Part shown: positions 16,868 through 26,048 of the stretch, piece by piece
Numbering within the stretch: position 1 is the first letter of the stretch
Layout of the letters: each line of letters starts with the position of its first letter
Assembly (NCBI GenBank): GCA_965198175.1
Contig: OZ240245.1
Location: 576,001 to 640,000 of the forward strand
Reading direction: 5' to 3'
DNA from: Candidatus Poribacteria bacterium
Lineage (GTDB): Bacteria > Poribacteria > WGA-4E > PCPOR2b
Length of the DNA: 64,000 nt
Notes under the pieces: generated by a model
What the model saw: only the letters and a program-made list of their open reading frames with translations
The model's database searches: none
What the model was told of the DNA's origin: nothing
Position numbers and translations under genes: made by a program

Positions 16868-19735
16868 CTACTTGAGGATTATCATCCGGCGTAACGCGGA
16901 ATACTCCCCCGCACGGAGTTCATAGACATAGACGCCGCTTGCGACCGATTCCCCGCGTTCGTTGGTGCCGTCCCAATACGCCGCACGGTTCCGTGCGGCG
17001 TAGAAGCCCGCAGACTGATGCCCCAGATCTAACCGGCGTACTAACACCCCTTTTGTGTCATAAACCGTGAGTCTCACATCGGCAGCCTGGGCGAGGTGAT
17101 ACGGTATCCAGGTCTCCGGATTAAACGGATTCGGGTAGTTGGGCAAAAGCACCGTGTCTTTCGGCGTCAACGCCGCGAGGAGTTGTTCCAGCACGACAAT
17201 CCCCCTCGCCATCGTGGCATCTTTAACCTGAAGCGACCGCGCATCGGCGAGCCACTGTTTCACGTCCGCCGCCCGTAGGCGCGGCATCCCTGCCGCGATA
17301 CGGTGCGCGGAGGGCGCAGTTGCCGCGTTCCCGAACGCAGCGGCAACCAACACCAAATCTTGAATGTTTACCACAGCATCTCCGTTGACATCGGCGTCAT
17401 TCTGTCCTGTCTGCCCAAGGCTTGAACCAACGAGCACCAAATCTTGGATGTTGACGGCACCGTCACGGTTGACATCTCCGACTAATTGTGGCGGTTCAAC
17501 CACTTGCCCGTTTTCAACCTGCGGACGGAAAGCTGCCCCCGCGCTGTCAGAGAGAACCACGTCAGATAAGGTCAAGGTAGAGGCTTTGACGGCGACCACC
17601 TCATAGGTGAGTGTAGCGAGCGTGCCGTCACCGTTGCTTTCTCCGGCGAGAGATGTTGCGGCAAGCGTTACTGTATTCCCCGACACGACGGCGGGCACGG
17701 CAAAGGCGCCCTGTGGGAGGTAGTCGGCGTTAGCGCTTGAGACGAAGCGGAGCGCGGCGGTATCGAAGGTGACGGTCGCCTGATAGCCGGCGACGTTTTC
17801 ACCGTCCGTGATGGTGAGCGGGAGCGTAAACAGCTCTCCGACGGTAGGCGATGGCACAGGTTCCGCCGAAAAGCGCACCGTTGCGGTGTTGGTAGGCGCG
17901 AGTTCCCACAGGAGAATCGTGCCGTCGTCACTCCCACTAGCGAGAGTTCGCCCGTTCGGGCTGAAGGCGACGCTGTCGACCCCACTTGTATGCCCTATGA
18001 GCGTGCGGAGGAGTCTACCCGAATCGGCGTCCCAGAGGCGGACGGTATTGTCGTAACTCCCACTAGCGATGGTGCTGCCATCGGGACTGTACGCGAGGCT
18101 GTTGACCCCACTTGTATGCCCTGTGAGCGTGCGCCGGTGTTCTCCCGAATCGGCGTCCCAGAGGCGGACGGTATCGTCGTAACTCCCACTAGCGATAGTG
18201 CGTCCGTTCGGGCTGAAGGCGACGCTGTTGACATCCGACGTATGCCCAGTGAGTGTACGCCGGTGTTCTCCCGAATCGGCGTCCCAGAGGCGGACGGTAT
18301 CGTCCCCACTCCCACTAGCGATAGTTCGCCCGTCCGGGCTGAAGGCGGCGCTGTTGACATCCGACGTATGCCCAGTGAGTGTACGCCGGTGTTCTCCCGA
18401 ATCGGCGTCCCAGAGGCGGACGGTATCGTCCCCACTCCCACTAGCGATAGTTCGCCCGTCCGGGCTGAAGGCGGCGCTGTCGACCGATCTCGTATGCCCT
18501 GTGAGCGTGCGCCGGTGTTCTCCGGTATCGGCGTCCCAGAGGCGGACGGTATCGTCCCCACTCCCACTAGCGATGGTGCGTCCATCGGGACTGTACGCAA
18601 CGCTTGAGACCTCAGACGTATGCCCTGTGAGCGTGCGCCGGTGTTCTCCGGTATCGGCGTCCCAGAGGCGGACGGTATCGTCCCAACTCCCACTAGCGAT
18701 GGTGTTGCCATTGGGACTGTACGCGAGGCTATGGACCGATCTCGTATGCCCTGTGAGCGTGCGGCGGAGTGTTCCGGTGTCGGCGTCCCAGAGGCGGACG
18801 GTATTGTCCCGACTCCCACTAGCGATAGTGCTGCCATCGGGACTGTACGCGAGGCTTGAGACCCAATGCGTATGCCCTAAAAGTGTAGGCCGGTGTTCTC
18901 CCGAATCGGCGTCCCAGAGGCGGATGGTATTGTCCCAACCCCCACTAGCGATGGTGCTGCCATCGGGACTGTACGCGAGGCTTGAGACCCCAAACGTATG
19001 TCCTGTGAGTGTACGCCGGTGTTCTCCCGAATCGGCGTCCCAGAGGCGGATAGTGTCGTCGAAACCCCCACTACTAGCGATAGTGCGTCCATCGGGACTG
19101 TACGCGAGGCTTGAGACCCAATCCGTATGCCCTGTGAGCGTGCGGCGGAGTGTTCCGGTGTCGGCGTCCCAGAGGCGGACGGTATCGTCGTAACTCCCAC
19201 TAGCGATAGTGCTGCCATCGGGACTGTACGCGAGGCTGTTGACCCCACTTGTATGCCCTGTGAGCGTGCGCCGGTGTTCTCCCGAATCGGCGTCCCAGAG
19301 GCGGACGGTATCGTCCCCACTCCCACTAGCGATAGTGCTGCCATCGGGACTGTACGCGAGGCTTGAGACCCAATGCGTATGCCCTGTGAGCGTGCGGCGG
19401 TGTGTTTCGGTGTCGGCGTCCCAGAGGCGGATTTCTCCCCAACTCCCACTAGCGATGGTGCTGCCATCAGGACTGTACGCGAGGCTCCTGACCGAATCCG
19501 TATGCCCTGTGAGCAGGGCGAGTTCTTCACCGGTGGCTGCATCGTATATCCAAATCCCGATACTGCTAGCCACCGCAAGTCGAGTGCCATCGGGCGAATA
19601 CGTTATTTCTCGTATCGCGCCTTTGCCGAGCCGCGCTTTAGCACCCTCGGGTAAGTGCCACTGAGGGAAATCTTGGGCGAAGGTGTTGAGTGAAAACAGG
19701 GTGAAAAGAATTAGTAAGGTCAAGGTTGTTTTCAT
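16868..19735 (-). CDS. Secreted WD40 + cohesin + dockerin + CTD protein, paralogue E
   Basis: Same leader, 13 WD units, same C-terminal modules. Confidence 0.9.
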   Translation of the reverse strand: MKTTLTLLILFTLFSLNTFAQDFPQWHLPEGAKARLGKGAIREITYSPDGTRLAVASSIGIWIYDAATGEELALLTGHTDSVRSLAYSPDGSTIASGSWGEIRLWDADTETHRRTLTGHTHWVSSLAYSPDGSTIASGSGDDTVRLWDADSGEHRRTLTGHTSGVNSLAYSPDGSTIASGSYDDTVRLWDADTGTLRRTLTGHTDWVSSLAYSPDGRTIASSGGFDDTIRLWDADSGEHRRTLTGHTFGVSSLAYSPDGSTIASGGWDNTIRLWDADSGEHRPTLLGHTHWVSSLAYSPDGSTIASGSRDNTVRLWDADTGTLRRTLTGHTRSVHSLAYSPNGNTIASGSWDDTVRLWDADTGEHRRTLTGHTSEVSSVAYSPDGRTIASGSGDDTVRLWDADTGEHRRTLTGHTRSVDSAAFSPDGRTIASGSGDDTVRLWDADSGEHRRTLTGHTSDVNSAAFSPDGRTIASGSGDDTVRLWDADSGEHRRTLTGHTSDVNSVAFSPNGRTIASGSYDDTVRLWDADSGEHRRTLTGHTSGVNSLAYSPDGSTIASGSYDNTVRLWDADSGRLLRTLIGHTSGVDSVAFSPNGRTLASGSDDGTILLWELAPTNTATVRFSAEPVPSPTVGELFTLPLTITDGENVAGYQATVTFDTAALRFVSSANADYLPQGAFAVPAVVSGNTVTLAATSLAGESNGDGTLATLTYEVVAVKASTLTLSDVVLSDSAGAAFRPQVENGQVVEPPQLVGDVNRDGAVNIQDLVLVGSSLGQTGQNDADVNGDAVVNIQDLVLVAAAFGNAATAPSAHRIAAGMPRLRAADVKQWLADARSLQVKDATMARGIVVLEQLLAALTPKDTVLLPNYPNPFNPETWIPYHLAQAADVRLTVYDTKGVLVRRLDLGHQSAGFYAARNRAAYWDGTNERGESVASGVYVYELRAGEYSALRRMIILK

Positions 19736-19932
19736 GTAAAGTTTTCCCTTTTTGAAAGTTGATTGCCATCTATCATGTCATGTCAAGTGTTTGTCAAAAA
19801 ATGCTCGCAGGCGGATATGGGACTCCTCTTCCACAACCATTCAATGATAAGGGATTCCCGTCTGCGGCGGGATTTAGGAGGATGGCGCTACAAGAAGACA
19901 GTTCGGACGTTTCACCGGCACCATCCCTACTA

Positions 19933-21000
19933 TTATTTCTTTGCTTTCCCTGCCTTTTTCCAATCCCACAGGAGAATCGTGCCGGTTTCATCTCCGCTGG
20001 CGACGATTTTGCCATCCGGTGTAAAGGCGACAGCCTCAATCCCCCAATAATGCCCACGGAGCGTCGGTAGAAAGCGGCCGGTTTTGGCATCCCACAACCG
20101 GACAGAGGCATCCTTACTCCCACTCGCAAGCGTTTTACCGTCACGGGAGAACACCACAGTTTTGACATCATTCCCATGCCCGGCGAGCGTCTGCCGGAGT
20201 GTGCCGGTGGGGGAATTCCACATGCGGATGGTGTCGTCGTCACTGCCACTAACAAGGATTTTCCCATCTGGCGAAAACGCAAGGGCTTTCACCGTATCCG
20301 TATGTCCCTTAAGAGTTCTGATATGGTTGCCGCGCGCTACATCCCATAACTGGATTGTACCGTCAGAACTTCCACTGCTGGCGAGTATCTTGCCATCGGG
20401 TGAATACGCGACTGCGAGTACCCATCGAAACGCGAGTGTGTGAAAGGGGCCGGGGGCACTTTCAAACCCGAAAATATCACGCACCCTAGGCGTCTGCATC
20501 CGAGTTTGCGGGGTATCGGCAGACCAGATTTGTTTGCGCGCCTCTGCTGACCATAGACGCACTGTGGCATCTCCACTTCCACTGACAAGTTGTTTGCTAT
20601 CTGGTGAGAACGCGACAGCAGTAACAAGTCCACCGTGGCCTGTGAGGGTTGCTAAGTTTTTGCCCGTTTTTGAATCCCACAAGCGAACGGTTTCATCCTG
20701 TCCGGCACTGGCAATCATTTTACCGTCTGGACTGTATGCGATCGCTTTTACTTCTCCTTTATGCCCCGTAAGCAATGCAACTTCTGAACCCGTATGGGCA
20801 TCGTAGAGCCAAATGCCCGTATTCGTTGCCGCGGCGAGTTCTTTACCATCTGGTGAATATTGGATATTGCCCGTTATCTTCCCACTACTTTCGATATGGG
20901 TTTTGACTCCTTCGGGCAATTGCGGTTTGGCGTTCTCTTGGGCGAAGGTGTTGAGTGAAAACAGGGTGAAAAGAATTAGTAAGGTCAAGGTTGTTTTCAT
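19933..21000 (-). CDS. Secreted single-propeller WD40 protein without CTD, gene F
   Basis: Signal peptide identical to A/B/E, then about 7 divergent WD40 repeats. Confidence 0.85.
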   Translation of the reverse strand: MKTTLTLLILFTLFSLNTFAQENAKPQLPEGVKTHIESSGKITGNIQYSPDGKELAAATNTGIWLYDAHTGSEVALLTGHKGEVKAIAYSPDGKMIASAGQDETVRLWDSKTGKNLATLTGHGGLVTAVAFSPDSKQLVSGSGDATVRLWSAEARKQIWSADTPQTRMQTPRVRDIFGFESAPGPFHTLAFRWVLAVAYSPDGKILASSGSSDGTIQLWDVARGNHIRTLKGHTDTVKALAFSPDGKILVSGSDDDTIRMWNSPTGTLRQTLAGHGNDVKTVVFSRDGKTLASGSKDASVRLWDAKTGRFLPTLRGHYWGIEAVAFTPDGKIVASGDETGTILLWDWKKAGKAKK

Positions 21001-21132
21001 GTAAAGTTTTCCCTTTTTGAAAGTTGATTGCCATCTGGAACTGTAGTGGCTAGTGGTCAGTGGCTAGTGACCAGTGACTTCAGAAACCGAGTTGTTCTAA
21101 AAATCTCGGTTAATCACACCAATTTTGTGGTG

Positions 21133-23262
21133 CTACTTGAGGATTACCATCCGGCGTAACGCAGTATAATCACCTGTCCGGAGCTGATACACATAGACGC
21201 CGCTTGCGACCGATTCCCCGCGTTCGTTGGTGCCGTCCCAATACGCCGCATGGCTCCGAGCGGTGTAGAATCCCGCCGCCTGATGCCCCAACTCGAATTG
21301 ACGCACTACCGCGCCTTTCGCGTCATAAATCGTGAGTCTCACATCGGCAGCCTGGGCGAGGTGATACGGTATCCAGGTCTCCGGATTGAATGGATTCGGG
21401 TAGTTTGGCAACAGGGACGTTTCCTCCGGAATACGCCACGTCTCGACGTTCATTAACGCTGAAAACTGACGGAGAAGATAGTCTTGAACTTCCGGTGGCA
21501 GCAACTGAAAAGGCGGATAATCTGCGAGTGCTATCGGTTGCGCACGAGGCGCAGCGAAAGCATTGTTTTCGAGAGCATATGCGCCCTCATACGGCGGTGC
21601 TGTCTGGAGAGTCAACGGATCGCTTTTTAGAAAGTATTCTTGTTCTACCTTAATCTTTATGTCCGTTACCTGCTTTGGAAGTATTACAATATACTTGCGC
21701 TGGTCGTCAGGGCGGCCGGGATTCTCCCAGCGATCAATCTCCTGATTTAAGACAATTTTGGGATCCATGGTGGATTGGAAAATTTCGTTTATCTTTTGCA
21801 CCCTCTCAATTTCCCCTGTTGCTAGACCTGTCAAAGGGATTAGTTCAAGGAGTCCAACCACTCTTCCCCTATTTGCCTCATCCTCTAGCTCAAGCATTCT
21901 TTCTTCTATTGTTTGAAGAGGCAACATAAAGTAGGGTGGCTGGTCTAAGAAATCAAGATAGTCATCCATACGAAGGTGTTCGGCAAGACTATCTAGCGAA
22001 CCCGGCAGAAGCCACGCCGTGAAATTAAAATTTTGGCGTAAATATTCTATGGCTGATTTCCCAAGAGCAGCAGATAGTGAATTGGGTGGGACCCCCGGGA
22101 GGTCAAGTGTTATTGTGCACTTTCCATAACTGACATCGTTCTCAACACGTGTCAGTGTTGGAAATTGAGCTGTCAAGACAAAATAGGTCAAGTTTGGACC
22201 AAACGCTACCTCCGAGATGAGATCATTAGGAGGAACTAAACGAATCCCAGGACTATCGTCCCATGATGGCAGATGCGTTCGCCAAACTGCTCTTCCGTCC
22301 GAAATTAAATCTCCATCGGGGCTCCAAGCCAAATCGTGGACTTCACCGCTCGCTTGAATAGTAGTCTCTCTCGTAATTGCTGTTACGAGAGCAATCAATT
22401 CTGTTCCGATGCGGTAGATTGTTATTTCTGGATCTGTGCCGCCGACAGCGAGGTACTGTCCATCCGGGCTGAAGGCAAGCGCATTTGCTTCAATGTTTGT
22501 ATCTATCTGCTGAACCCACCTGCCACTATCTATCACATCATATATCGTCACATATAGGTTTTCACCGTCATATCCGTCGGCTGCGAGGTACCTCCCGTTT
22601 GGGCTGAAAGCAACTGCTTTGACATTACCTCCAGGTTCAAAACGTTGAACATCCGCATCTTGTCCCCACCAACTGCTGACTTCCCAGAGATCTGCATCGC
22701 CATCGTCATTTCCGGTTGCGAGATATTTCCCATCTGGACTAAAGGCGACAGCGTAGACTTCGGATGCACCACGTCTGCCCCACCCCTTCCGCGTACCACT
22801 GTCCACTTCCCAGAGATACGCCCAGCGAAGATCGACTCCTATTGCAACATACTTCCCATCTGGACTGTAGGCAACTGAGTTAAGTTTTTTTGCGCTGTCG
22901 CTAATGTAACTACTCTTAACCTCCGTGCCACTGCTCGCTTCCAAGAGAATTACTCTAACACCGCCACCGGCTCCGTCGGCGGCGATATACTGCCCGTCTG
23001 GACTGAAGGCGACTCCCTGAACCTGACCCCCCAAGTTGGTATAATAGATATTTTCGCCACTGCTGACTTCCCAGAGTCTCACATAACCATCCGTATCGCC
23101 TGTTGCGATATACCTGCCATCGGGACTGAAGTCAACAGACACACTAGCATGATAAAGGTCGTATAACTTGGTTTGTGCAGAGGTCGCTTGAACCGTGGCG
23201 ACTGAAATCAGAACAACGAGCGTAACAAGAATCCAAACTGTATTGGATTGCTTTGTGTGCAT
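21133..23262 (-). CDS. Secreted WD40 protein + unknown middle domain + CTD, gene G
   Basis: AGGAGA RBS then ATG 23262 (MHTKQ..., signal peptide). 'FSPDG' repeats and CTD 'LLPNYPNPFNPETWIPY'. No cohesin or dockerin. Confidence 0.8.
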   Translation of the reverse strand: MHTKQSNTVWILVTLVVLISVATVQATSAQTKLYDLYHASVSVDFSPDGRYIATGDTDGYVRLWEVSSGENIYYTNLGGQVQGVAFSPDGQYIAADGAGGGVRVILLEASSGTEVKSSYISDSAKKLNSVAYSPDGKYVAIGVDLRWAYLWEVDSGTRKGWGRRGASEVYAVAFSPDGKYLATGNDDGDADLWEVSSWWGQDADVQRFEPGGNVKAVAFSPNGRYLAADGYDGENLYVTIYDVIDSGRWVQQIDTNIEANALAFSPDGQYLAVGGTDPEITIYRIGTELIALVTAITRETTIQASGEVHDLAWSPDGDLISDGRAVWRTHLPSWDDSPGIRLVPPNDLISEVAFGPNLTYFVLTAQFPTLTRVENDVSYGKCTITLDLPGVPPNSLSAALGKSAIEYLRQNFNFTAWLLPGSLDSLAEHLRMDDYLDFLDQPPYFMLPLQTIEERMLELEDEANRGRVVGLLELIPLTGLATGEIERVQKINEIFQSTMDPKIVLNQEIDRWENPGRPDDQRKYIVILPKQVTDIKIKVEQEYFLKSDPLTLQTAPPYEGAYALENNAFAAPRAQPIALADYPPFQLLPPEVQDYLLRQFSALMNVETWRIPEETSLLPNYPNPFNPETWIPYHLAQAADVRLTIYDAKGAVVRQFELGHQAAGFYTARSHAAYWDGTNERGESVASGVYVYQLRTGDYTALRRMVILK

Positions 23263-23278
23263 TGTGAATCTCCTAACG

Positions 23279-23348
23279 AAAAAAGTTGAGGTGCGGCGGG
23301 TGGTTTGCCGAAAACCGCCCGACAAACCAAAACCCACCAAAACTCGGA
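23279..23348 (-). promoter_or_regulatory. Long hairpin plus U-tract in the 5' leader of gene G (terminator/attenuator-like)
   Basis: Minus strand GGTGGG-TTT-TGGTTTGTCG...CGGCAAACCA-CCCGCC followed by CTTTTTT, just before the RBS. Confidence 0.4.
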
Positions 23349-23404
23349 AGACACTATAAAAAAAACGCGAATCCCACTGTCGCTTACAACACCTGGTTAG
23401 AATC

Positions 23405-23705
23405 TCAATTTTGCCCAATTTGAGCTGCTAAACTCGGGACAAGATCCGGTGTTCCAAGCGGGACCGAGTTCTGACAGGACATAAAACGCTTCAGCGTCAA
23501 TTTCAACCCATGTCGAATTCCATGAGTTGCAACCGCAAGCATTGAATAGTTAGAGCAGGTAGGATGGTATCGACACTGAATTCGTCCTTCCACCAGAGCA
23601 TGTCCGATAGTTTGGTAGACGTGTTCAATGCTACTGACATAAAGTCGTGCAGTGAGTTGAGACGCTGGCGGGTGAAAAGCGTCCACTGTTACAAGCACAA
23701 ACGCA
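23405..23705 (-). pseudogene. YidD-like (membrane protein insertion efficiency factor) gene, 5'-truncated
   Basis: 'CRYHPTCSNYSMLAVATHG...LKRFMSC' matches the YidD pattern. No convincing start; overlaps the upstream gene out of frame. Confidence 0.6.
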
Positions 23706-23944
23706 ATGGGGACATGTTGCGCTCCTTTCAAGGCGTTTGTTACTACAATTGTGGCATTCTATCAAATTTCCTGATGGTCTTGATGTGAGATAAATAATCA
23801 GACCAATTATGCTCAAAAAGAAAACAACGAGCATCCACATGACGGAATTATCCATTCCTCGTGCTTTGGCATCACGGGCGACCCAAATCAACAGAGCAAT
23901 CTCAACTACGAAGATGAAAATGATAAAGAAAACATAACCTCCAC
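23631..23944 (-). pseudogene. PLDc_N-like membrane protein with zinc ribbon, split by IS3
   Basis: 'WVARDAKARGMDNSVMW...GLIIYL' and CHNC...CPHC. The apparent 5' end (AAGGAG + ATG ~25301) lies on the far side of the IS. Confidence 0.6.
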
Positions 23945-25257
23945 TGAAATTACCCCCAAAAACTAGACAGTACATTAAGGTGGAAATCGTGCTGGCAAAA
24001 CGGTGATGTTATGAGTCATAATACGGCTCAGCAATACCAAGAACTACGAAAGGAGTTTGTTTAGCATGGCTCGTAGAAAGCAGTACGATAACCGATTCAA
24101 AGCACAAGTGGCAATTGAGGCGATTAAAAATGAACGTACCATGGCGCAGATTGCCAGTGATTACGAAGTTCACCCGAATCAGGTCAGGCAGTGGAAAAGG
24201 CAGATTCTGGAGGAATCACCCCAGCTTTTTGCGAACGGACACACTCAATCAACCTCTGACAACGACCGCCTTATAGCTGAACTCTACCGGCAAATCGGTC
24301 AGTTGAAGGTAGAACTAGACTGGGTTCAAAAAAAAATCGACTGCTCCATTGAACAGAAGCGACAGCTTGTCAAGCAAGAGAGCGGCTCTCCATCGGTTTC
24401 GAGACAATGCGAACTGTTAGGGTTGCCACGCGCTTCGTATTATTATCAACCCGCGGCGGTAGAGTCGCCGGAAAACCTGCTTTATATGCGTCTGATTGAC
24501 GAGCAATACACCAAGACGCCGTCCTACGGTGTGCCTCGAATGACGGACTGGCTATGTGCTAAAGGCTACGCTGTCAACCGGAAACGGATTGCTCGGTTGA
24601 TGCGAAAGATGGATTTAGTTGCCATCTATCCCAAGCCCAGTCTCTCCAAGAACGGTAGACCGTCGAAAAAGTATGCTTATTTACTGAAGGATTCAATTAC
24701 CACTCGACCGGACCAGGTGTGGGCGAGTCATATCACCTATATCCGCTTGAACACCGGCTTTGTTTATCTAGTGGCTATTATGGATTGGTACTCTCGATAT
24801 GTGTTATCATGGGAAGTGTCAAATTCACTAGACGTATTCTTTTGTCTATCGGCTCTGGAACGGGCACTGAGTTGTTCTAGCCCCTTGATATTCAATAGCG
24901 ACCAGGGTGCCCAGTTCACGTCTGAAGCCTTTACCACTCGGCTTGAATCGGCTAACATTCGCATCAGTTGGACTGGGGCAGGCAGAGTGTTTGACAACAT
25001 TTTCATTGAGCGGCTCTGGCGGACAGTAAAGTATGAACATGTCTATCTTCACCAGTATGACTCAGTTCACGCTGCTTGGTGTGGCTTGAACAACTATTTC
25101 AAGTTTTATAATGAGGAGCGGCTTCATACGTCGCTCAATACTCAAACACCTCACGAGGTGAATTTCCAACAATATTAGGTGTTGAAGCGTACCGGATTGC
25201 GCAGCCTTTACAACTTAATGCACAAGCATGACTGGCTAAACATTCGGGGTAAGTTCA
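23945..25257 (+). mobile_element. IS3-family insertion sequence
   Basis: IRL TGAAATTACCCCCAAAAACTAGACA. IRR reverse complement TGAACTTACCCCGAATGTTTAGCCA. TG...CA ends. Confidence 0.9.
24066..25178 (+). CDS. IS3-family transposase, OrfA-OrfB in one frame, first catalytic Asp replaced
   Basis: HTH 'FKAQVAIEA...VHPNQVRQWK', rve 'FNSDQGAQFTS', 'IERLWRTVKYE'. 'WASHITYI' in place of W..DITY. Confidence 0.85.
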   Translation: MARRKQYDNRFKAQVAIEAIKNERTMAQIASDYEVHPNQVRQWKRQILEESPQLFANGHTQSTSDNDRLIAELYRQIGQLKVELDWVQKKIDCSIEQKRQLVKQESGSPSVSRQCELLGLPRASYYYQPAAVESPENLLYMRLIDEQYTKTPSYGVPRMTDWLCAKGYAVNRKRIARLMRKMDLVAIYPKPSLSKNGRPSKKYAYLLKDSITTRPDQVWASHITYIRLNTGFVYLVAIMDWYSRYVLSWEVSNSLDVFFCLSALERALSCSSPLIFNSDQGAQFTSEAFTTRLESANIRISWTGAGRVFDNIFIERLWRTVKYEHVYLHQYDSVHAAWCGLNNYFKFYNEERLHTSLNTQTPHEVNFQQY

Positions 25258-25755
25258 ACTATCAAAGTTGTTAACATCCGAAAAAAACCATTCATTTTCA
25301 TAAAATATCTCCTTTTTAGGTAGATTATCTACAACCTTGCGTTGCAGAGAAGTATGTCAGCAGCAGACTATCCTGCCTCCGACGGATTTGAAATAATCTG
25401 AATTCGGTGAAATCTCTTTGCTTTTTCGCTCCACTGAATTCATCAAACAACCAAATTACGCAGTGCAAATACGTTTCTATGGATTCTACTTATAGTTTGT
25501 ATCAAATGACCCCATGAGCTAAACCAGAAGGAGATGGTATTGCTGTCAACAGCAATACGCTCCTGGAATTCGTTACAGCCGTCCCAATACCCCGGAGACT
25601 TTTGTACCACAATCTGTTAGATTGTGATCGCAAACTGACAGTTTGCGCTACCAAACTAATTCAGCATAACCATCTTCCGCCGGAACGAAATACTGTAACG
25701 TAAAAAAGCCTACATCTGCTGATACAGGGTTTTGGATAAGGTTTGACAGGTTTGC

Positions 25756-26040
25756 TCACCGCGCCGCTTTGAGATGTCTCCAGCTTGTTAACAACTTCGA
25801 TTTCGGTTCAACGGAAACTGTGGAGATAAATGCCCTCATACCGTCTTTCGAAGACGGTTGTCCCAGCGTGCAAGTATTCATCAGCGACAAGATGCCGCTC
25901 TGCATCTGGCCATCGATCAAAATGCGATATTTTCCTTTTCCGGCGAAATTATCGGGATAGGAAGCCCTCGCACAAAAACATATCAGGGGAGGAGTCCACC
26001 CCCACGGAACCCCAACCAGGGTGATAGAAAACAGTTTGGC
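25756..26040 (-). pseudogene. 3' remnant of a secreted-protein gene
   Basis: Frame read manually ends 'STVSVEPKSKLLTSWRHLKAAR*', resembling the 'VEPxGKLxTTWxxLK' C-terminus I recall from Poribacteria secreted proteins. No proper start. Confidence 0.4.
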
Positions 26041-26048
26041 ATTACGTG

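Noticed and set aside
2000..19520. DGR as the source of WD40 variation
   Set aside because: No reverse transcriptase or non-coding template repeat in the window. Variation includes indels and reused alleles, which fits recombination plus selection better. A distant RT cannot be excluded.
1235..19664. Many long antisense and alternative-frame ORFs over the WD40 genes
   Set aside because: They are shadows of a repeat unit that lacks stops in other frames; they have no RBS or domain features.
25690..26045. Possible tmRNA or other ncRNA
   Set aside because: No tRNA-like ends; better explained as a coding remnant on the minus strand.
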